From positions 1-64,000 of the IMG/VR virus record IMGVR_UViG_3300034418_011550: a stretch of 64,000 nt of DNA. One strand, given 5' to 3'. Origin of the DNA: a virus. Positions 47,724 to 55,264 of this stretch are shown here, piece after piece; the first letter of the stretch is position 1, and each line of letters starts with the position of its first letter. The translations under genes were made by a program, and so were the position numbers. Under the pieces are notes generated by a model. The model had not been told where the DNA came from and made no database searches. It saw only the letters and a program-made list of their open reading frames with translations.

Positions 47724-49995
47724 ACCAAAAGTATATGTTCATGGTTCTTATATAGGAACTACAGGTTATAACCAACATACAAGAGACTTTTTTAGAGAGT
47801 TATCTAAACATTTACAATTAAAAGTTAGGAATTTCACAATTGGTAAAACATGGGAAAGTTTTAATAATACCCCTCATAATAATGAACCTTATATTAATGA
47901 AATAGATAAATCTATTTTATATGAACAGATATTATGGAATGATAAGGGTGGGAGAGATAACTATAAAATATATTCTGACAAATCTAAAGAATTTCTACAT
48001 GATTTAAATATTGTTTTATGTGAAACTAATCATCATTTATTTTATGATGGATACAATGGTCCAAAAATAGCTTATAATGTTTGGGAAACAACCCAACAAC
48101 CAGAAGAATTTTTTAATAAATTAAAAGAATTCGATGAATTATGGGTTCCTTCAAAATGGCAGCGTGATGTAACTATTAAACAAGGCTACCCAAAGGATAA
48201 AATTAAAGTTGTTCCTGAAGGAGTTGATATTCATACTTTTTACCCTGAAGAAACAACTCATGAGTTAACTTCAGATGGTAGATTTAAATTCTTTTTAGCA
48301 GGTAGATGGGATTATAGAAAATCAACTAAAGAAATTATTGAAACATTTTTAAATACATTTAATGAAAATGATCCTGTTGACTTAATTGTTTCTATAGATA
48401 ATCCTTTTTCAGGAGATGGTTTAGAAACAACAGAAAATAGATTAAAATATTATGGTTTAACAGATCCAAGAATTAAAGTAGTTCATTTTCCATCTAGAGA
48501 AGATTATATTAAAATACTAAAATCATGTAATGTGTTTTTATCTTGTGCTCGTTCTGAGGGTTGGAATTTACCTTTAATTGAGGCAATGGCCTGTGGTATA
48601 CCCTCTATTTATTCAAACTGTTCAGGTCAACTTGAATTTGCTGAAAATAAAGGAATACCAATAAATATATTAGGTGAAAAATCAGCAAATGATTCATCAT
48701 ATAATCATTTTAATGATTACACAGGTAATTATTATGAACCTGATTTTAACCATTTACAACTAATGATGATGTATTCTTATAAAAAGTATGATGAATGTAA
48801 GAAAAATGCTTTAAAAGAATCAGAAGAAATTAAACATAATTTTAGTTGGGAAAAAGTAGGACAAATTGGTTATAAAACTATAATAGAATTTTATGAAAGG
48901 AATAAACATAAAAATGCTCAATTAAAAAATGAAATAAAAATTAGTTATTTTGATGGTCCTAAAATAGAAATTGTAGGAGATAAACTAGAACAATATCATA
49001 TTGAATTTTTAGATGAAAATAATAATATTATTCATGAGGACACTATCACTAATAATATGTGGACAAAATGTTCTAGAACCTATTATACTAAATGGAAAAT
49101 TAAAGTTAATGGAAATATAATTGAAGAACTTAACTTAAATAATAAACGAGTATTAATAGGATTAGAGTCAAAATCTATTGGTGATACAATTGCTTGGACA
49201 CCCTATGCTGTTGATTTTGCTAAAAAACATAATTGTAAAGTAATTTTAAGCACATTTCATAACCATTGGTTTAAAGGATTAGAGACATATAAAGACATTG
49301 AATTTATAGAACCAGGACAATCAATAAACTGTGATGTTATATATCGAATAGGATGGTTTAGAGGAGAATCAGGTAAATGGGACAAATTTGAAATGTATCC
49401 TAATTATCCTCAAACTCAACCACTCCAAAAAACAGCATCAGATATTTTAGGTTTAGAATTTAAAGAATTAAATTATGGGATAAATTTTGCCCCAAAATCA
49501 AAATCAATAAAAACAAATTATATTGTTATTGCCCCTGAATCAACTGCTGGTTGTAAAGAGTGGCCTTATGACAGTTGGGTATCATTATCTAAAATGTTGC
49601 GTGAATTAGGATACACAGTAGTAACACTTACAAATAAACCCTATAATATAAAAGGTAATTTAAATATTCACGGTAAAACATTAAATGAATCTATGGATAT
49701 TCTTTATAATGCTAAATTTTTAATAGGATTAAGTTCAGGACTATCTTGGATAAATTGGGCTTTAGGAAAACAAACAGTGATGATTAGTGGTTTTTCTCAA
49801 AAAGATCATGAATTTATATCTAATAATATAAGAATACAAAATGAACATGCTTGTAATTCATGTTGGAATAATACTAACTTTATTTTTGACCCTGGAAATT
49901 GGGATTGGTGCCCAATATGGGAAGGAACAGATAAACAACATATTTGTGAAAAATCAATCTCACCATTAACTGTATTTAATTTATTACCTTTATGA
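47716..49995 (+). CDS. GT4 glycosyltransferase fused to TibC/Aah-family protein O-heptosyltransferase (GT9-like)
   Basis: GT4: VPSKW, KFFLAGRWDYRK, SEGWNLPLIEAMACG. TibC-like: YFDGPK beta domain, SIGDTIAW, GLSSGLSW, MISGF, HACNSCWN...WCP...C. Confidence 0.85.
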   Translation: MTKPKVYVHGSYIGTTGYNQHTRDFFRELSKHLQLKVRNFTIGKTWESFNNTPHNNEPYINEIDKSILYEQILWNDKGGRDNYKIYSDKSKEFLHDLNIVLCETNHHLFYDGYNGPKIAYNVWETTQQPEEFFNKLKEFDELWVPSKWQRDVTIKQGYPKDKIKVVPEGVDIHTFYPEETTHELTSDGRFKFFLAGRWDYRKSTKEIIETFLNTFNENDPVDLIVSIDNPFSGDGLETTENRLKYYGLTDPRIKVVHFPSREDYIKILKSCNVFLSCARSEGWNLPLIEAMACGIPSIYSNCSGQLEFAENKGIPINILGEKSANDSSYNHFNDYTGNYYEPDFNHLQLMMMYSYKKYDECKKNALKESEEIKHNFSWEKVGQIGYKTIIEFYERNKHKNAQLKNEIKISYFDGPKIEIVGDKLEQYHIEFLDENNNIIHEDTITNNMWTKCSRTYYTKWKIKVNGNIIEELNLNNKRVLIGLESKSIGDTIAWTPYAVDFAKKHNCKVILSTFHNHWFKGLETYKDIEFIEPGQSINCDVIYRIGWFRGESGKWDKFEMYPNYPQTQPLQKTASDILGLEFKELNYGINFAPKSKSIKTNYIVIAPESTAGCKEWPYDSWVSLSKMLRELGYTVVTLTNKPYNIKGNLNIHGKTLNESMDILYNAKFLIGLSSGLSWINWALGKQTVMISGFSQKDHEFISNNIRIQNEHACNSCWNNTNFIFDPGNWDWCPIWEGTDKQHICEKSISPLTVFNLLPL

Positions 49996-50651
49996 TAAAC
50001 TTAGAAAATTTTAATTGGGGCCCAACATCAGAATGGTATAAAGATCAACTTACTAGAGAAATGTTTGAAGAAAACATTTATGAAAAATATTTTCCTGTTG
50101 AAGAAGGAGATATAGTAGTTGACTTTGGAGCCTCTATAGGAGACTTTATCTGGTCTATTAAGGATAAAAAACCAAAACATTGTTGGGTTGTTGAACCTTT
50201 AAATTCATATTTTGATATTTTACAAGAAAATTTATTAGGTTATTCTGTTTCTTTTATTAAAGCTTTTCTTAGTCAAGAAGAAACAACAGAAGTACAATGG
50301 GATGGGTTAGCTAGTGAATGTAGAAGTTTAACTTTTAAAAAATTTATAAAAGAAAATAATATTAAATATATTGATTTTTTAAAAACAGATTGTGAAGGAG
50401 GTGAGTATAGCATCTTCACAGAAGAAAATATAGAGTATGTTTTAAACAACATTAGAAAAATATCAGGAGAATGGCATTTAAGCACTCCTGAATTAAAAGA
50501 AAAATTTAGAAATTTTAGGGATAACTACTTAATTAAATTTAATAATTTTGAAGTTTATTCTGTAGACGGTGTTAATATCAAATGGGATTTATGGAATGAA
50601 CATTTTATAGAGTATTATAATGAAGTTATAATTCATATAGATAATCGTTAA
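49992..50651 (+). CDS. FkbM-family methyltransferase
   Basis: VVDFGASIG, IDFLKTDCEGGE, GEWH. Confidence 0.85.
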   Translation: MINLENFNWGPTSEWYKDQLTREMFEENIYEKYFPVEEGDIVVDFGASIGDFIWSIKDKKPKHCWVVEPLNSYFDILQENLLGYSVSFIKAFLSQEETTEVQWDGLASECRSLTFKKFIKENNIKYIDFLKTDCEGGEYSIFTEENIEYVLNNIRKISGEWHLSTPELKEKFRNFRDNYLIKFNNFEVYSVDGVNIKWDLWNEHFIEYYNEVIIHIDNR

Positions 50652-50667
50652 TTTCCTTAAAAATAAT

Positions 50668-50677
50668 AATATTTATC
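50668..50677 (+). promoter_or_regulatory. Putative late promoter
   Basis: AATATTTATC 4 nt before ATG 50682. Confidence 0.6.
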
Positions 50678-50681
50678 ATAA

Positions 50682-51503
50682 ATGGCTTTAGAAACATTAT
50701 CAAAAACAGGTATAGTTAACGGACAAACAGTCCAAGACTATCATGTTACTCAATCTATAGATGCTTTAACTGGAACTGTAGGATATGCTTTAACAGTTTC
50801 TGGTTCCTTTACTCTTGTTGGAACAACAGGTAGTGGTTACTTTGCTAGTTCTTTAACTACTGACCAAGTTAGACCTTCAAATGTAGTTAGTAATAAAGGA
50901 TATTCAATTCCTTATTTAGCGGCCACATCTTCTACAGCCACTTTATATTATACTAAAGGTCAAGAATCAGGAGGTGAAACTTATTTAGAATACAATCCTG
51001 TAACTAATTATTTATTTACTACTTCTTCTTATGCTACTTCAGCTTCACAAGCTATATCTGCTTCTTATGCTCCATTAGGTACACCAACTTCATATAATCC
51101 AAATTATGTAAAAATTGATGATGTAGCTTATACTTCATCTACACCATATGTAATTAATGATTCTGTTCCTTCATTAATTTATATTTCCCAATCAGGTATT
51201 AATGCTCAAAGTAATAATAATGAGTTAGGATTAAGTTTTTCTCCATTAACTGGTAAAGATGGTAAAATAATTACTTTTAATATTTTCTTTGAAAAAAGCG
51301 ATTTAGAAACAAATTTTGTCTATGTTACTTCTTCAGGGGTTAGCATTTTTGGTTTAAATAATAATAGTATAGGAGCAGGTAATGATGACACATTACAAAA
51401 TTTAACAGGTATTAATAATATGGCTAGTTTTGATTTCCAATGGTTAGACGGTGGAGGAGCTACAGGTATGGCTCAAGGTTGGTATTTTATTAGAAGATCT
51501 TAA
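50682..51503 (+). CDS. Virion/fibre-associated protein
   Basis: S/T/G-rich beta protein with VSGSF and ATSASQAISASY motifs shared with other fibres here. Confidence 0.55.
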   Translation: MALETLSKTGIVNGQTVQDYHVTQSIDALTGTVGYALTVSGSFTLVGTTGSGYFASSLTTDQVRPSNVVSNKGYSIPYLAATSSTATLYYTKGQESGGETYLEYNPVTNYLFTTSSYATSASQAISASYAPLGTPTSYNPNYVKIDDVAYTSSTPYVINDSVPSLIYISQSGINAQSNNNELGLSFSPLTGKDGKIITFNIFFEKSDLETNFVYVTSSGVSIFGLNNNSIGAGNDDTLQNLTGINNMASFDFQWLDGGGATGMAQGWYFIRRS

Positions 51504-51511
51504 TATTTATA
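51502..51511 (+). promoter_or_regulatory. Putative late promoter
   Basis: AATATTTATA 4 nt before ATG 51516. Confidence 0.65.
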
Positions 51512-51515
51512 ACAT

Positions 51516-51767
51516 ATGGAAAAAATAGTTTTAACACAAGAAGAGTTAACAGAACTCACCCAGTTACAACAACAAAGACAAGATATTACTACTGATTTTG
51601 GAGTTGTAGAACTTAGAATTCAAGAGTTAGAGTTGCAAAAAGAACAAGTAATTGAAGCTTTGAGTAAATTAAAAACTCAAGAAATTCAATTTGGTCAAAA
51701 AATACAAGAAAAATACGGCGAAGGATCAATTAATATTAATACCGGAGAGTTTACAAAAGCAAATTAA
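51516..51767 (+). CDS. Small coiled-coil protein
   Basis: 83 aa helical, ending KYGEGSININTGEF. Confidence 0.7.
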   Translation: MEKIVLTQEELTELTQLQQQRQDITTDFGVVELRIQELELQKEQVIEALSKLKTQEIQFGQKIQEKYGEGSININTGEFTKAN

Positions 51768-51784
51768 TTTTTGACTCCTTTGCC

Positions 51785-51794
51785 AATATTTATT
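51785..51794 (+). promoter_or_regulatory. Putative late promoter
   Basis: AATATTTATT 22 nt before the sheath ATG. Confidence 0.6.
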
Positions 51795-51816
51795 ATCAAA
51801 TAAACATTAATAAAAA

Positions 51817-53595
51817 ATGGCATCAACATTAATATCCCCTGGCGTACTCGCTATTGAAAACGATCAGTCGTTTCTCACCCAACAGCCAGTAACTGTAGGA
51901 GCTGCAATTATCGGCCCAACTGTGAAAGGTCCTGTTGAAATTCCTACTGTAGTAACTTCATACTCACAGTATCAAAACTTATTCGGTACAACATTTACTA
52001 GCGCAAGTAGTGTTTACACTTACTTCACTTCAATTGCAGCTTATAACTATTTTGCAAATGGTGGTGAAAGTTTGTTAGTAGCTAGAGTAGTATCAGCTTC
52101 TGATTCTTGGGCTTCAGCAACAACAGATACTGGTTCTGTAACAGGAACTAATGGTGTTCAAGATGCTGTAGGTGCTCCAGTCTCAATTATGAACTCTGCT
52201 TCATTCTCACAATCATTTGCCTTAGAAACTATTTCTATGGGTGCGATTATGAATAGTGTTGGTACAACTGGATCAAATGGAGTTTTAGATTCTGGTTCAA
52301 CTGATAACTTAAGGTGGGTAATTTCAAATCCAGACACAGCTAACGGTACTTTCTCATTAATCATTAGACAAGCTAGTGACGATAATAATAACCAAAGTGT
52401 TTTAGAAACTTGGACTAACTTATCATTAGACCCTAAAGCTGATAATTATATTTCTAAAATTATTGGTGACCAGTCAGCTTCATTTAATGGAGAAGTTGCA
52501 AACCCACAAATAACAATTGGTGGTGAATATCCAAACGCTTCAAGATATGTAAGAGTTAAATCAGTTGATCAGAAAACACCAGATTACTTTAATAACTCAG
52601 GTACTGCAAAACCAGAATTTACTGGATCTATTCCAGCAGCAGGTAGTGGTTCATTTATTGCGGGTGTAGGTGTTAATGTACCTAATGGAGCTAATAAATA
52701 TTATAACGAAATCACAGGTAACAACACTCAAGGTTTATCAGGTAGTGATTATACTAATATGATTGCTTTATTATCAAACCAAGATGATTACCAATTTAAC
52801 TTATTAGTAACTCCTGGTTTGTTCAATAACATCGGTACACATAACGGACAGATCACTAACATTATTAACAACACCCAAAACAGAGGAGATAATATTTTTG
52901 TAGTTGACTTAGCTTACTACGGTACAGCTCAAGCTACAGTAATTACTCAAGCCGCTGCTAGAAACACTTCATATGCTGCTGCTTACTGGCCTTGGTTACA
53001 AACCATTGATCCAGATACAGGAGCTAGAGTATGGGTTCCAGCTTCAACAATGATTCCAGGTGTTTATGCTTATAATGATAGTGTAAGTGAGCCTTGGTTT
53101 GCACCAGCTGGTATTAACAGAGGTGGTTTAACGACTGTAATTAGAGCAGAACAAAAATTATCTCAAACTAATAGAGATTCTTTATATGTAGGAAAAGTAA
53201 ATCCAATCGCTACATTCCCAGGAACTGGAGTTGTAGTATACGGTCAGAAAACATTACAAACTAGAGCTTCTGCTTTAGATAGAGTAAATGTTAGAAGATT
53301 GTTAATTGCATTGAAATCATATATTTCTCAAGTAGCTAATAACTTAGTATTTGAACAAAATACAGCAGCTACTAGAAACAGTTTCTTAGCTCAAGTTAAC
53401 CCATATTTAACCTCAGTACAGCAGAAACAAGGTTTATATGCTTTCAGAGTAATTATGGATGACACAAACAACACCGCTGATGTAATTGACAGAAACCAGT
53501 TAGTAGGTCAGATTTATATCCAACCAACTAAGACTGCTGAATTCATTTACTTGAACTTCAACATCTTACCAACTGGAGTAGAATTCCCAGCATAA
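51817..53595 (+). CDS. Contractile tail sheath protein (gp18-like)
   Basis: ISPGVLAIEND, PWFAPAGINRG, VVYGQKTL, RVNVRRLL, IQPTKTAEFIYLNF. Confidence 0.95.
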   Translation: MASTLISPGVLAIENDQSFLTQQPVTVGAAIIGPTVKGPVEIPTVVTSYSQYQNLFGTTFTSASSVYTYFTSIAAYNYFANGGESLLVARVVSASDSWASATTDTGSVTGTNGVQDAVGAPVSIMNSASFSQSFALETISMGAIMNSVGTTGSNGVLDSGSTDNLRWVISNPDTANGTFSLIIRQASDDNNNQSVLETWTNLSLDPKADNYISKIIGDQSASFNGEVANPQITIGGEYPNASRYVRVKSVDQKTPDYFNNSGTAKPEFTGSIPAAGSGSFIAGVGVNVPNGANKYYNEITGNNTQGLSGSDYTNMIALLSNQDDYQFNLLVTPGLFNNIGTHNGQITNIINNTQNRGDNIFVVDLAYYGTAQATVITQAAARNTSYAAAYWPWLQTIDPDTGARVWVPASTMIPGVYAYNDSVSEPWFAPAGINRGGLTTVIRAEQKLSQTNRDSLYVGKVNPIATFPGTGVVVYGQKTLQTRASALDRVNVRRLLIALKSYISQVANNLVFEQNTAATRNSFLAQVNPYLTSVQQKQGLYAFRVIMDDTNNTADVIDRNQLVGQIYIQPTKTAEFIYLNFNILPTGVEFPA

Positions 53596-53609
53596 TTTTT
53601 TAAAAGTAG

Positions 53610-53619
53610 AATATTTATA
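53610..53619 (+). promoter_or_regulatory. Putative late promoter
   Basis: AATATTTATA 13 nt before the tube ATG. Confidence 0.6.
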
Positions 53620-53632
53620 ACAAAATAATAAA

Positions 53633-54121
53633 ATGGCAGTATTAAATCCAAACGAAATATTTTTCACAGCGTTCGAACCTAAAACCCCTAATAGATTTAT
53701 AATGTATCTAGAGGGTATACCATCGTATTTAATCAAGGGTGTTAACGCTGTTACATTAAGCCAACCTGAAATTATGCTTAACCATATAAACGTTTATAGA
53801 AAGGTTAAAGGTAGAGCTACTTGGGGCGATATTCAGATGACATTATTCGACCCTATTACCCCATCAGGTGCTCAGGCAGTAATGGAATGGGTACGTTTAC
53901 ACCACGAATCAGTAACAGGTAGAGATGGTTACAGTGATTTCTATAAGAAAGACTTAACTATTGATATTTTAGGTCCTGTAGGTGATGTAGTATCAGAATG
54001 GGTAATTAAAGGAGCCTTTATTAAAGAAGCTAACTTCGGTGATTACAACTACGATACTGCTGATGCTGCTGTTAACATTACCTTAACAGTTGGTATGGAT
54101 TACTGCGTATTGAACTTCTAA
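53633..54121 (+). CDS. Tail tube protein (gp19-like)
   Basis: NRFIM, KGRATWGDIQMTLFD, YKKDLTI, WVIKGAF; follows the sheath. Confidence 0.9.
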   Translation: MAVLNPNEIFFTAFEPKTPNRFIMYLEGIPSYLIKGVNAVTLSQPEIMLNHINVYRKVKGRATWGDIQMTLFDPITPSGAQAVMEWVRLHHESVTGRDGYSDFYKKDLTIDILGPVGDVVSEWVIKGAFIKEANFGDYNYDTADAAVNITLTVGMDYCVLNF

Positions 54122-54144
54122 AAAAAGAATATACTTTTTATTAA

Positions 54145-54175
54145 AGAGAGCTTGGCTATGTCAAGCTCTTTTTTT
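54145..54175 (+). terminator. Rho-independent terminator after tube
   Basis: AGAGCTTG(g)-ctatg-(t)CAAGCTCT then a T run. Confidence 0.8.
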
Positions 54176-54180
54176 ATCTT

Positions 54181-54190
54181 AATATTTATC
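54181..54190 (+). promoter_or_regulatory. Putative late promoter
   Basis: AATATTTATC 28 nt before ATG 54219. Confidence 0.55.
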
Positions 54191-54218
54191 ATAGATAATA
54201 GTTATTAAAAAATAGATT

Positions 54219-54959
54219 ATGAGCGAATTTAATTTCCCAACTGAGGTTGTAGACTTACCTTCAAAAGGTCTTGTTTATCCAGAATCACATCCCCTTTCAT
54301 CAGGTCAAGTTGAAATGAAATACATGACAGCTAAAGAAGAGGATATTTTAACCAACCAAGCATACATTTCTAAAGGAGTAGTTTTTGATAAATTGCTACA
54401 ATCTTTGATTGTTGATAAAACAATTAAGGTAGATGATTTGATTGTAGGTGATAAAAATGCTCTTTTGATTGCTGCTCGTATTTTAGGTTATGGTTCTGAG
54501 TATAAATTTAGTTACTTAGGAGAAGAACATACTGTTGATTTGAGTGTTCTAGAAAATAAGGAAATTGATGAATCTTTATTTACAAAAGGCCAAAACAAAT
54601 TCACTTATCTACTTCCAGCCTCTAAAATTACTTTAACTTTTAAATTAATGACTGGTAAAGATGATAGAGCAGTTGATGCTGAATTAGAAGGATATAAGAA
54701 AATAAGTAAAGATGGGTTACCTGAATTAACAACTAGATTTAAACAAATGATTTTAGCTGTTGATGGAAATGAAGATAAAAAAATTATTCGTGATTTTGTA
54801 GACAATGCTTTCTTAGCTAGAGATTCTAGAGAATTTAGAAAATACATTACAACATTCCAACCAGACATTAATACAAAAGTGACAATAACAGGTCTAGACG
54901 GTCTTGAGGAGGAGATCGATGTGCCTATTGGACTTAGCTTTTTTTGGCCTGAGTCTTGA
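54219..54959 (+). CDS. Baseplate hub / tail assembly chaperone (gp26-like)
   Basis: VDLPSKG, MTAKEEDIL, DLIVGDKNALLIAAR, ends FFWPES; between tube and tape measure. Confidence 0.75.
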   Translation: MSEFNFPTEVVDLPSKGLVYPESHPLSSGQVEMKYMTAKEEDILTNQAYISKGVVFDKLLQSLIVDKTIKVDDLIVGDKNALLIAARILGYGSEYKFSYLGEEHTVDLSVLENKEIDESLFTKGQNKFTYLLPASKITLTFKLMTGKDDRAVDAELEGYKKISKDGLPELTTRFKQMILAVDGNEDKKIIRDFVDNAFLARDSREFRKYITTFQPDINTKVTITGLDGLEEEIDVPIGLSFFWPES

Positions 54960-55242
54960 TAATGCTCCTGTTGTAAGAGCAGATTTGTTTTTACAAATAC
55001 ATGATATTTGTTTTTGGGGTCAAGGAGGTTATAACTTTGAAACTGTTTATAATTTGCCTATTTGGTTAAGAAAGTTTATTTTAAACCAACTTAAAAAGCA
55101 TTACGATAAAGAAAACAACAGTGATGATGCTAACATGCAAACCACTTTGCAGAATTTAAAACAATTCCAAAACCAAAAACAAGAAATACAACAACGACCT
55201 AACCAAAAATTACTTTATAAATCAGGGACATCTAAAAAATGA
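54919..55242 (+). CDS. Tail chaperone extension ('T'-like ORF, gp51-like)
   Basis: Overlaps the chaperone end in the +1 frame; FLQIHDICFWGQGGY...YNLPIWLR. May be reached by frameshift rather than by its own start. Confidence 0.6.
   Translation: MCLLDLAFFGLSLDNAPVVRADLFLQIHDICFWGQGGYNFETVYNLPIWLRKFILNQLKKHYDKENNSDDANMQTTLQNLKQFQNQKQEIQQRPNQKLLYKSGTSKK
54938..54947 (+). other. Candidate programmed frameshift site (C TTT TTT T GG)
   Basis: T7 run read FFW in frame 0 and FFG in the +1 frame that continues as ORF 54904-55242. Confidence 0.55.
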
Positions 55243-55249
55243 TGTCCCT
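55224..55249 (+). other. Hairpin directly upstream of tape-measure promoter
   Basis: AGGGACATC-taaaaaat-GATGTCCCT; no clean U-tract. Confidence 0.5.
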
Positions 55250-55250
55250 T

Positions 55251-55260
55251 AATATTTATA
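55251..55260 (+). promoter_or_regulatory. Putative late promoter
   Basis: AATATTTATA 4 nt before the TMP ATG. Confidence 0.65.
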
Positions 55261-55264
55261 ATAT

